A stretch of 62,495 bases of DNA, the filler included, from Dirinaria sp. TL-2023a (Eukaryota), in the NCBI GenBank assembly GCA_051941275.1. It is 11 parts of 11 records of this genome, joined end to end, with 100 filler letters (N's around TTAATTAATTAA, not from the genome) between each part and the next. Parts side by side here need not be neighbours in the genome. Positions count along the whole stretch, not along the records: positions 22,820 to 28,416 come from JAVEBF010001627.1; positions 28,517 to 34,105 come from JAVEBF010001628.1; positions 34,206 to 39,791 come from JAVEBF010001629.1; 8 more parts are not named here. One strand, written 5' to 3'. How positions within the stretch are numbered: the stretch's first letter is position 1; each line of letters starts with the position of its first letter. A program made the position numbers and the translations under genes. Of the stretch, positions 25,401 to 36,187 are shown piece after piece. The notes under the pieces were generated by a model. That model was given only the letters and a program-made list of their open reading frames with translations, did not search any database and had not been told where the DNA came from.

Positions 25401-26484
25401 AAGAGAGGGTAGACTACGACATCGTTCTCTTTGAATAAGGCAATGTGCAGCCATCAAGCACTATTAGGATTTCATGATTTACTGGCTGCATTTAAGTGCA
25501 AATAGCAAGAAGCAGGCGCTGGATTTGAATCGACTGTTAAGTTGCAGCCTTCGATATTAACCTTCTGATCGAGGAAGTTGTTCTGGACCACTATGCAGTC
25601 ATTGCCAGAGGTCGTAGATTTGACTCTGCTAACACTGCTGCAAAGAGATTAAGGGCAATTTCTATCGAGAAGACGCAGATAATACGCTGTTGAAAGGAAT
25701 CTGGACCAAAAACCCTCGTTCAGATTACTCTATCACAAGGAGAAATGTACAATGACGCGGCGTGATTGGTCATAGCTGCGAGCCTGGACATACACCTTCT
25801 GCCGCTCAGAACCCCCTGAAGCAATGTTGAAAGACTTGACTTAGGTTTCTCCGAGGTTGCTTCGATCAGACTAGGTCCCTCGGTCCTAGGATGCCGCACC
25901 TAAACCTCGAAAAGTATAGGTTCATCCGACTCACAGCTTTGGCGGTCTGGAAACCCCCATGGACGCAGCCGCATGACGAAGAAATAGAGTTGCAAGGGCT
26001 ATTTCTGGTCCCAGAATATCAGCCAGGACGATACTGTGACACTTTCTCGCATCAAGGAAATCGGACTATTCCCCAAACGGAATATGCACTTCTTGGCGCC
26101 GCAGATCAAGCATCTAGAAAAGTGTCTTTGCTTTGGATGAACAGCAGGGAAGCCACGGATGGCATGAATCTTGTATTACTAATCGCACAAAATATAACAG
26201 ACTTTCAGTAGTCTACGAGCATGTCTCTAGATTACGCAATCATCGTTCCATTTCCATACGCAAAGAACCCCGCTGGTAGCTTTGATCCCATCGAAATCGA
26301 CTAAATGGTGATAGTGTCCTACCACTGACATAAGGTAGTTCGTCGTTGTGTCTTGGTCTTGGAGCTTCACATATAAAACGTTGGAAGAAGACGCAATATC
26401 TCGTCTTCAGACCATAGTCAGCCTCAAAACACGGATCCACAAATCTCTATACCTCCTTGTACAAAAGAGATTCACTTAAGCACC

Positions 26485-27366
26485 ATGTCTTGCCATCCCA
26501 CCACATATCACAATGTGACAGTATCAGACGGTACCAACGTCGCCTATGCAGAAGCCGGGTCTCCATCTCTACCTCTGCTGCTTCTTCTACACGGCTTCCC
26601 CTCATCCAATAACCAATACCGCAATTTCATCCCCCTCCTCGCTCCAACCCACCACGTTATCGCCCCTGACTTGCCGGGTTTCGGCCTCACCACCACACCG
26701 GCCAATTACACATTCACATTCGCCAATCTCGCGTCGACGATCGGGCTCTTCCTCTCCGCGCTCAACATCACGCGGTACGCGGTGTACATCTTCGACTACG
26801 GCGCGCCGGTCGGCTTACGACTGGCACTCAAATCCCCGGACGCAATCACGGCGATCGTGTCGCAGAACGGCAACGCCTACAACGAAGGCTTCGGGCACCC
26901 GTTCTGGGACCCTATCATGGCACTGTGGGAGAACGACACGGCCGCCAACCGCGCCGTGCTCCGGGACAACGCGCTGACGCTCGACTTCACGAAACTGCAA
27001 TACACGGCCGGCGTGCCCGCTGAGGATCTCCCGCTCATCGATCCCGTGACCTACACCTACGATTACCTCCAGAACATCCAAACCCCAGCGAAACAAGAAA
27101 TCCAGTTAAGCCTGCTGTACGATTACCGCACCAACGTCGATTTGTATCCGGCGTTCCACACGTATTTCCGCGACACGCAGGTCCCGCTGTTTGCGATCTG
27201 GGGGAAGGGGGATCCGGCGTTCATCCCGCCCGGGGCGGAGGCGTTCAAGACGGATTTGCCGGGGGCGAAGATCGAGTTTGTGGATTCGGGCCATTTCGCG
27301 CTGGAGACGAAGGGGGAGGAGATTGCGGGGAAGGTGAAGCGGTTTCTGAAGGCGGTGGGGCATTGA
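26485..27366 (+). CDS. Alpha/beta-fold hydrolase (epoxide hydrolase / haloalkane dehalogenase-like), intronless
   Basis: LLHGFP oxyanion motif, APDLPGFG, nucleophile FDYGAP, WGKGD, catalytic His GHFALE. Confidence 0.9.
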   Translation: MSCHPTTYHNVTVSDGTNVAYAEAGSPSLPLLLLLHGFPSSNNQYRNFIPLLAPTHHVIAPDLPGFGLTTTPANYTFTFANLASTIGLFLSALNITRYAVYIFDYGAPVGLRLALKSPDAITAIVSQNGNAYNEGFGHPFWDPIMALWENDTAANRAVLRDNALTLDFTKLQYTAGVPAEDLPLIDPVTYTYDYLQNIQTPAKQEIQLSLLYDYRTNVDLYPAFHTYFRDTQVPLFAIWGKGDPAFIPPGAEAFKTDLPGAKIEFVDSGHFALETKGEEIAGKVKRFLKAVGH

Positions 27367-27429
27367 AACTGATTGTTCTGTTGTGGTTTGGCTGAGATGA
27401 TGAGATGGGATGGGATGGAAAAGTTATTC

Positions 27430-28416
27430 TTGGACTAGAATTATTTCTTTTTTTTTTTTTTTTGCCACTCTTTTCCCTTCTCCTTATCCCTTTTCAAAAG
27501 TGGAAAAGTAAAGGAAACACCATCCCACGCATTCACTCACTCACAAAGTAATTACTCCTCTACAACTGATAAAGTAGCTATAAAAAAAACCCCTATCTAA
27601 TTTTTCCTCTTTATTCTCTCTCTCTCTCAAAAAAAGAAAAAAAAAACCCCTCAAAAGATATAATTCTAAAATATTCAAATCCGCTCTGTAAATATGGTCT
27701 CTAGCTCTCTCTAAGACTTTTTGTTTACAATACATTTACATTGCTTCAGTCTTTTTTTTTGTGTTTCATGATTTTGTCGAGTTGTTATTTGTTTATTTGT
27801 ACTATTGCTTAGCGATTATTTTATATACTTTGCCTTCATCTTTATCTGGAAATTGCGTCAAATTCTCATGCTCTGTGCCATCATTATTTTTTTTTTTTTC
27901 TCTCTCTTTTCTGATACCTTTTTAAAAGTGAAAAAATTAAGAAAAAGACCATAGTATGCATTCGCTCACAAGGATTTTCATCTTCTCTATCTGATCGCAT
28001 AACTATAAAAAAAAAACCCCCCCCATATCCAACCCCCTTCTCCATCTTCTTCTTTCCAAGAATCATCATTTCTCTTATTCCTCTTATCTATCTTCATTAC
28101 ATCTACACTGCTTCGATACCCTATTCTCGTACTCTCTTGTATTTACTTTATCTAACGCACATGAAGATCACTCCGCACCTGCGTCAGCTATATTCATTTC
28201 TATTTAAGTTTATTGCTAGAGATCGCAGTTGCATCATACCTCCTTCTGCACATCAAATCCTCATTCTCATAGCCTATACCATTGCCTTTTTGTTTTTAAA
28301 AGGGGTCTTTTTCTTTCACGTTGAGATTCATAGCACTATTAGAACCGAACGCTCTCTTAAAAAATGAGGAGCAAGCAAAGAAAAAAAAAGGTAGGGTAGG
28401 GATATATCCCCGCGCA
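27430..28416. repeat. AT-rich, homopolymer-rich block, probably a RIP-degraded repeat
   Basis: Abrupt GC drop after the hydrolase gene, many A/T runs, abundant TA, no credible ORF, lies at a contig end. Confidence 0.45.
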
Positions 28417-28516
28417 NNNNNNNNNNNNNNNNNNNNNNNNNNNNNNNNNNNNNNNNNNNNTTAATTAATTAANNNNNNNNNNNNNNNNNNNNNNNNNNNN
28501 NNNNNNNNNNNNNNNN
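28417..28516. other. Artificial contig linker
   Basis: N44-TTAATTAATTAA-N44. Confidence 0.98.
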
Positions 28517-28517
28517 G

Positions 28518-28739
28518 GAAGAGGTTGAAGTAGAAGAAGAAGATGACGATGATGATGATGAGAGGGAAGGAAGGGAGAAGATTACTGAACACGAGGAGCT
28601 AGTCGCATCGCAGCTTGTTGCTGATGCTGTCATAGCGCACAGGATCAAGGCTTATCGCGAATTAGAAAACGATGGGTGGAGTCTTTGCAATTCAGACGAT
28701 GAGCTGAGCGATGAGAGCTCTGATTTTGAATTTGTGTGA
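28518..28739 (+). CDS. 3' end of an acidic hypothetical protein (partial)
   Basis: Open frame from the contig edge: EEVEVEEEDDDDDD...ELENDGWSLCNSDDELSDESSDFEFV*. Confidence 0.5.
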   Translation, partial: EEVEVEEEDDDDDDEREGREKITEHEELVASQLVADAVIAHRIKAYRELENDGWSLCNSDDELSDESSDFEFV

Positions 28740-28979
28740 GATTTCTGAGAGAGATTTCTTGATGGATTCAGGGCACCAGGTAGTAGTTGTTCATGCATAT
28801 CGTCATCTCGTTAATGCGTTCGTGCCATGAGATATGAGAATTCAAACTGGTTTGACTTCCTTGTAACACGATACCATCTTACTTATGAGTATGACTTGGA
28901 TTAGGTTGATGACCAGAGATCATGCATGAAGTACAGTAAGATAGACCGCAGTTTGACGTCACAGGCCGGAGAAGCATGC

Positions 28980-29116
28980 GCTCGATAAGAGCTCCCTTAG
29001 CGGCCCACTAAATTAAGCGAGCACCGAAATTTTCCTGAAGAGCTCAACCGGGAACAGCTTTCCCCCCACAATAATGCACCTTTCGCTCCAACATCTTTTC
29101 GCGATCACCACTTATC
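28980..29116 (+). promoter_or_regulatory. Ribosome-biogenesis-type promoter motifs upstream of nucleolin (CGATAAG, GAAATTTT RRPE-like, CTTATC)
   Basis: cgataag ~28983, gaaattttcc ~29026, cttatc 29111; short motifs, interpreted from gene context. Confidence 0.35.
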
Positions 29117-29123
29117 ACCATCT

Positions 29124-29535
29124 GCGACTGGTTCATCAGTCGCCTACTATTGGAGCTGGCACCAGTATCCAGTTCCTACTCTATTTCTCCTTTCAGCATC
29201 TCTGCAAGTCGTCTAGACTGCAGGAACCTTAACTTGATTGAGGGTTTGCCGGTGAACCAAGCAAATTCGAAGCAGTTGCGCAATTTTGTGAGCAATTTCT
29301 TCGCGCACTTACTGAGGGCTATTGATCATCAAAGCTATATGCTACATCGGAGAAACCTGAGGCATCACCTTTGCTAGAGGGACTGATCTGTGGGCTGTGG
29401 GTTTTTGTAAGACGTCGAAGCTAAGTACCTAGCTTCATCAGGAAGCGCTGAGGGCTCTGCCGCACACCGCAAAAGTCCAGTTACTTGGATTTTTTTGCAC
29501 ATTTGAGTAGGATCGTCCGCACATACTGAGGGTTA
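29124..29535 (+). ncRNA. Candidate structured ncRNA (possibly a long box C/D-like RNA) upstream of nucleolin
   Basis: Series of hairpins (GCGACTG/CAGTCGC, GGAGCTGG/CCAGTTCC, GAAGCTA/TAGCTTC, AAAAGTCCA/TGGATTTTT); AACCT..TGATTGA and CTGA-GGGTT can form a terminal C/D-like stem. Confidence 0.4.
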
Positions 29536-29665
29536 GATCTACGCACAAATTCAACTTCGTCAAGTGGGTGGTTTCTCTATTTCTATGCCTTTCAATCTTT
29601 TCAGCAAAATCGCTTCTCATACACTCGATCTGACCATGGGACAGTCAATCTCTCGTCCATTCGCG

Positions 29666-31325
29666 ATGGCGAAGACCAAGCTAAGTGGCAAAGACGCCGC
29701 GAAAGCCAGCAAAGATATTCAGGTTAAAGGAATCTCTTCGGTCAAAGAAGGTGCTGTGACTAAAATATCCCAGACTCCCAAAGCCAAGAGTAAGGAGCTA
29801 GCAAAGGAAGTCGCTACTAAAGCGGACAATAAGTCCAAGAAAGCGAAGAAGGAACCAACACCAGACACGAGCAGCGGATCCAGCGCGAGCAGCGACGAAG
29901 AGAGCAGCGCAAGTTCTTCCAGCAGTGACGAAGAACCTAAGGTGAAGACTGCAAAGCCGGGAAATCTAAATGGATTGAAGACCAATGGGGCAGCTAAAGC
30001 CTCTCTATTATCTAAGGGTGAAAGTTCTGCCTCTTCCGACTCATCTGAAGCCTCTGAATCCTCTGAGTCCTCCGAATCCTCAGGGTCTGACGCTTCTTCC
30101 GACGAGGAGGATGAGTCGCGTGTACTGCTGTCCGCTCCAGCAGCTAAAGCAGCAGAAGCTGCAGCAAAGGAAGAGTCATCTAGTGAAGAATATAGCGAAC
30201 AGAGCGACCTCGACGCGGAAACCGTTCCCGGCGCCGTCGACTCTAAGGCGCTGCAAAGCGAGCTGGCAAAGGTTGCGTCTAATGAGGCATATTTTCCCAG
30301 ACAGCTCCAATTGTCACGGTATGAACTGACTCTCTGGTAGGTCTCTTCAGGTGAGGAATCTGACAGCGAAGCGTCGTCGGCGTCTTCGTCCGATGAATCC
30401 GACAGCGAAGAAGAAAAGGAGGCTCAGGTCCCTGCGCCTAGAAAACGCAAGGCTGAAGCCGAAGAATCTTCTACCTCCGCCAAGAAAACGAGCGCTGAAG
30501 GCGATCAATCTGGTAATCTGTTCGTCGGCAATCTGTCCTGGAACGTGGACGAAGAATGGCTCAAATCAGAGTTTGAGAAGTTTGGAGAACTGTTAAGCTT
30601 GCGCATTGTGACCGACAAGGACACTGGGCGCTCTAGAGGGTAAGCCAGGGCTGCCACAACTACAGCTTCTGTTTCTCTGAAACTAAAATATTGACAGTTT
30701 TGGCTATGTTGACTTCGTGAACCCGGAAGACGCTGCCAAAGCTTTGCAAGAGATGAATGGCCAACAAATTGATGGCCGCCGACTGAACGTCGACACCGCC
30801 GCCAAGCGTTCCGAAGGTGCCGAAAATTCCAACAAGCGCCAAAAAACTTTCGGAGACAGTCAGAGCGAACCCAGCGAGACCCTCTTCGTCGCCAATATTG
30901 CGTTCGACGCCGATGAAGACATGATTGGCCAAGCTTTTGGTGAGCACGGCACGGTCACCGCCGTCCGCTTACCCAAGGATATAGAGACGGACCGGCCCAA
31001 GGGATACGGGTATGTTCAGTTCGCTTCAGTCAGCGAAGCTACGGCGGCCTTAGAGGCGATGAAGGGTGCTGCTATCGGCGGTCGCCCTGTTCGCCTTGAT
31101 TTTGCTTCAAGCAAACCCAACCGCGACTCCATTGGTGGAGGGCGTGGAGGCTTCCGAGGAGGCCGAGGCGGACGAGGCCGAGGATTCGATCGTGGAGGGC
31201 GCGGAGGAGGTCGTGGTCGAGGAGGATTCGATCGTGGTGGACGCGGTGGTGGACGCGGAGGTCGCGGGGGCTCTACCAATCGCGGCGGCTTCGGTGACTT
31301 CCAAGGCAAGAAGATGACCTTCTGA
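29666..31325 (+). CDS. NSR1: Nucleolin (Nsr1/gar2): acidic Ser-rich N-terminus, two RRMs, RGG tail; introns ~30271-30340 and 30640-30697
   Basis: LFVGNLSWNVDEEWL / RSRG|FGYVDF RRM1, LFVANIAF / KGYGYVQF RRM2, RGG repeats, C-terminus FQGKKMTF. Confidence 0.92.
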
Positions 31326-32295
31326 CCTATCGCTACTCCTCATGCTTTTCAAGCCCGCGGTAAGTGTCGCTTCTCTAACGGTGCCTCCTCATGGTCGCTA
31401 TGGCGATACCCATATGGCTGTGTCAGAACGAAAGTCCGCAAAAAGTCTGTTCTCATCCTTCAATGGCGATTAGCATGCCCTGCCCGGTTAATATTACGTT
31501 TCTATTTGAGCCCGGGAAAGCCCAGCAAAAGGCATGTAGAAAAGGCATGCACATTGCGTGGGTAGTCTAGATAGAATTATCAAACCCAAGCTTTTTCTCA
31601 ATGAGTTCCACTGATATCAGCCGATCACTTTCAAAGCACGACACGTGCCCCTTGAGCCTGATGATCGTCTTTCTTGAGGCATGACCTTGCATTGGGTGAA
31701 CATGGACCTCCGCCCGGTGGTCTCTGCACTCCAGCAAGATGAGACCAGCTTTGGCCATGCTATATCTGAAGCTTTTGCTTTACATGGTTGTGTTATCTGG
31801 TAGCCACATAAAAGCTGGCGGGGATTCAAATAGCGAGTAAGATACACGGTAAAGTACGAGTAAGGTATATTATGTACTGGTACCTTGCTTTAGTCTTTAA
31901 GGGTCTGGATGATGCCAAGACGGCCTCGACAGCACAATCACATCCCACCGTAGATCAGGGTCCAATGATTTAGCTCGATTCCATCACCACTGCCTTGCTA
32001 CCGTACTTTACCATCATCCTCACCATCTTCTTTCACCGCTTCCAGAGTCCCTGGGCCGACTGTGCTTCAGGCGGCTTATGAGACCCGAGACTTGTGTGCA
32101 ATCGTGATACCCTTCTGATCACAACTATCCCCCAGCGACGGTCAAGACCACAAGATCGAGGTACTAGCGCCGCTTTGTCCAGCAGCCTCATCCGTCTCCA
32201 GCTGCGACTACAGCCTGCACCTACTCTATCTTGCAGCAGCCCCCGAAAAGCATACATCTCATAGAAATAAACCGGACTGAAGAAAGGTATCCGTG

Positions 32296-33682
32296 ATGCC
32301 GTCCCTAAATTCCAATCTCTCCGCTGGAGCGCGAGACCGTCCGGGCCCTCGTGGACAGTACCAGGCGCACCACGCACCGGAAGTCATTCGATCAACGTCT
32401 GGAGTCAGAAGGTTACGATCAGACGGTAAGTCATCCTGTATCTAGCAAGAAAGCTATCGATCCGTCTACTCCTGCTTCCCGATCCATTTCCACCTGCATA
32501 CAAGCCACACCGATCAACCCCGCAGACATGGATAGCATATACTCATTCGCTTGGTACGCAGAATCTTGGATCGAAGTATCTTCGCGTCCCTCTTCATCCT
32601 CCCTTTCATCTGCAGCGACGGATGACGTTGTACCCTCTGCGTTCCGGGCCCTACACGATCAACGTAGGCGGCCTCGCTTAAACAGGACTGTATCACTTCC
32701 ATCAGGAACGCAAGTTCGATCGACGAGTGCGACTGGCAGTAGCCAGGAAGAGTATGAAGAAAGCGAAAGCGAGTCAGACCGCATCATGACCAGCTCGAAC
32801 GAAGCCCTCGAGCAACACTCCTCAGAAGGCGTCAGCCCGTCCGCACAGGTCTCTTCTGCATCCGAACGTGGGGACGACCAAGACGACGACGACGACGAGA
32901 ACGCGACTGCCCTAGGCGTTGCCACCGTCGAGCCAGCTTTCACCCCTCAGCCGAACGCTTTCTCTCACCCGCCGCGATCGCCACGGCATACTCACTCAGC
33001 AGAGACCAGAACATCATATTTCTCCCCCACACCTCGAACGACGCCAAGCCGACGCACCGCCCGCTCCTACCCAACACAGAGAAGCCGCTCACACACACCG
33101 TACAACGTCATCTCTCCATCCCACCAAGCTGACCATGACGCTGCTCTCCGAGCAAGCCTCTCCACACTTCTTTCGTGCGCCGCTGCAGCACGTGGCCTAC
33201 CTAAACGAGAGCAGGCACCAGTACTGCCTCCCCGCCCTGCTGCTGCCCCAGCAAACAGAGTCGAACCAAGCACCTTACGAATAGTACCCGAATCCGTAGT
33301 CATGGGGGAGACGCCAGAACCTCCTCGGCCAAGCGCCCGCAAGCGGTCCGCAAGCGGATCGAGAGGCGCCTCAGGCAGCGAGAAAGGCAAGCGGAAAGCA
33401 TCAACCTCCCGCAACCGGCGAGAAGCGCGGAAGAAGCAGAAAGCGAGCATCGAGGACTTGAACATCTCCCCCACGCTGATGACGTGGGTGGTCAGCGCCG
33501 GGGTGGTGGTGCTGTTCAGCGCGATCAGCTTTTCAGCGGGGTACGTCGTCGGCCGGGAGGTGGGGCGCATGGAGGCTGCTTCTGCTGCGACGGGCAACCA
33601 GGGCGTGGTGTGCTCGAAGGAGGTGGGCCGGGGTTTGAGGAAGTTGAGGTGGGGAACCAGCTCCACTGTCATCCGCGTATGA
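32296..33682 (+). CDS. Tail-anchored disordered protein with an N-terminal AIM/LIR-like motif (candidate selective-autophagy receptor); intron 32426-32561
   Basis: ATG 32296; GTAAGT..CAG splice keeps frame (SD|ESWIEVSSRPSSSS); C-terminal TM TLMTWVVSAGVVVLFSAISFSAGYVVG followed by a basic tail. Confidence 0.7.
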
Positions 33683-34105
33683 AGAGGAAGTATTGTTAGT
33701 AATGAGAGCGGGAGATTTCGATTAGGGATGTTTTTTTTTTTGTTTCATGCATTTGGGAGGGGGACTAGATGAGAGACTACCTTACTTTATGATGGTGGGT
33801 TGCTAGAGATGTGTGTGTATGGCATATTTTTGACTGGGGCGTATTTTTGAGAAATTGGGGGGAATGAATGGAGAAGATCTTGCTACTTCACTCTCTTTGC
33901 CACTTGGGCTTGGGCTTCGGTATCCTAACCCCCCCTTTTTTTAAAAAAAAAAAAAAAAAAAATTCATAAAAAGAATATCATCTATCTGCACACATCTACC
34001 TCTCCCTCTTCTCTCTCCTTCTTCTAATATCTCCCCCCAAAAAACAAAAAAAGGATATATCTCCTTTCCTCCCGCACGCCTCGACTTCCATCCTCTTCCA
34101 TTCCG

Positions 34106-34205
34106 NNNNNNNNNNNNNNNNNNNNNNNNNNNNNNNNNNNNNNNNNNNNTTAATTAATTAANNNNNNNNNNNNNNNNNNNNNNNNNNNNNNNNNNNNNNN
34201 NNNNN
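34106..34205. other. Artificial contig linker
   Basis: N44-TTAATTAATTAA-N44. Confidence 0.98.
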
Positions 34206-34870
34206 TCGCACCATGTAGCACCTATAGCTTTAAACATATCCTTGCAGCCGCGTTCTCTCGGCCCTCCGGTGCAAGGATTCTGCAGTGTCGGGCTAGCTGG
34301 TCTTTTTCTCGACGGAGGGTTTCCAAAAGAAAAGAAGTAGTTGTCAGGCGGTAAAGGCAATGCGGCACTGGTGGGGTGTTCTTTGAAGTAAGAAGCGAGG
34401 CAAGTGAGTTCGCCGCAGGAGCCTCCTTGACGATGGTCGGTAGGCCACTTGCCATCAGTTGCGGCAGTCTCTAAGATGGTTTTCACTTGTTGGGGTACAT
34501 TATCAAGGTGGTATCCGAAGTTGTTCGCTCCTGAACCGGTGGCAGATGAGCCGATGAAGAGTTTACCATCTTCAGGGATCCACATTACTGTCATCATTAG
34601 GGGGAGCTTGTGCTTCGGAACGAATTTTCCGCTGCGACGAATCTCCGGCAACTTCTTATAGATATTTTCCATCTCGCGGTATGCTTCGAGACCAACTTTC
34701 ATAGCTGTATTTTTGGGCAAGCGACGACCTTGATACTCATCAAAGTCGACTACGGCTGAATAATAGACGAATCCTCCCTTCGTGTCGACGAGTGCAACTT
34801 CAACTATAGCTGTAGCACAGGATATTAGGAACGCTATGAGGATGCAGAACGAATGGCTTTTAAGGTGCAT
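34206..34870 (-). CDS. Secreted protein with deaminase-like Zn motifs (CGE ... PC..C), 3'-truncated at the contig edge
   Basis: Signal peptide MHLKSHSFCILIAFLISCATA; PLMMTV..LFIGSS; HRQGGSCGE; NPCTGGPRERGC. Confidence 0.6.
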
Positions 34871-35294
34871 CTTGGTGGATTGCGCCGGTGGTAAAGCGTG
34901 AGAGTAATGATTGACTGTCAAACGTATTGAGTGTCGGGCTTGTCAGGAAATCCTCTACGGGACAGAAAAGTAACCTGCGGACGAAAACGAGAGAGAGAAA
35001 CCTGCGAGTGAGCGGTGGTGGGAAGCATGGAGAATTTGGTGATGCAGTACAATATATACTGAAGAAGCTTTCCATTTAAAGATCGAAAATTGCACATAGA
35101 TGCTGGAGTCCAAGAACATGATGTGCTGAGATGAAGATTGGACCACTGTGCCGTAATTGAATGATCGTTATGGTTCGAATAGTGCATAAATTTCCTGGAC
35201 TCGATGAACATGTATTTGCGTGTTGGGAGAAAGCAAATCACAGAGCAGGAAGAGTTGTATCAGTCGTATTAACAATGCCGATTCATTGCATGAT

Positions 35295-35525
35295 TCTGAA
35301 ACAGGAAACAACTGCGCCGTCCTAGAGCGTCATCACGAGCAGTCTGAAACAAGAAACATCTGCACTCTCCTAAAGGGTCATCATGAGCAGTCTGAAATAG
35401 GAAATTGTACCCTCGTAAAGGGTCATCGTAAGCTGTCTGAAACAGGAAACATCTGCACTCTCCCAAAGGGTCATCATGAGCTGTCTGAAATAGGAAGTTG
35501 CACCCTCGTACAGGGTCATCATAAG
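35295..35525. repeat. Minisatellite of about 5 copies of a 45/48-bp unit (TCTGAAAyAGGAAA...GGGTCATCATGAGCwG)
   Basis: Units of 48, 48, 45, 48 and a slightly truncated 45-type copy seen directly; complete unit lengths are multiples of 3. Confidence 0.9.
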
Positions 35526-36187
35526 TAGCTAGCTAGCTTAATAAGTTCCAAAAATTCTTCTAGAACCCTGCCCATGCCCCAGAAATATTAACCTACCTGC
35601 TGTCACAAGGCTTGGCTGGACTGTGATTAAGGAAGGATTCCCAGAGTTGAAACGCTTGGGTGCCTCATTTTGGGGGCCAATATCGCAAGGAAGAAAGAAG
35701 CAATGCCATTCGAACCAGAGCTGTCATTATCTTCAACGGAGATTTATAGGGAGTTTGCATACAACAATCCCGATTGTGGAGACCTTGTCCACCCACATTT
35801 GAGAATCTTGCCACCGGTACAAGGTCCATTTAGGGCAATGATTCGATTCCACAATCATGCCACTACCCGAATTTAGAGTCGTACTCGTGATGTTTCACCC
35901 ACACTGAGAATGCATGAAGAAAGCCTCTGCACAGGCTCAGGATAGGCACAGCTATCTGCTGTCAGCCGATTCAAGGGGCCAAAAGGCGAAAATTGTGAGA
36001 GAGCTCCAGCGCAGTAAAATGAGCGCTATGAGGCGCTGCACGGGATGTATACTGTATATAAAGATGGTAGACAGACACTGCTTCTTACCTTCGGCATCGA
36101 GGTTAGTCTTCTTCCATTTGGACCCGGGACAACAGAATCTTCTCCATTACACCCTTTCGTCGAGACTCGTAATATCATCCAGCTAGT

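Noticed and set aside
29524..29540. CTAACCCT on the minus strand resembling a telomerase RNA template
   Set aside because: Only a partial template (CTAACCCTCA), with no other telomerase RNA features recognisable.
35295..35525. Repeated ATGATGA on the minus strand suggesting a box C/D snoRNA cluster, or a CRISPR-like array
   Set aside because: No matching CTGA D boxes on that strand and no unique spacers; a plain minisatellite.
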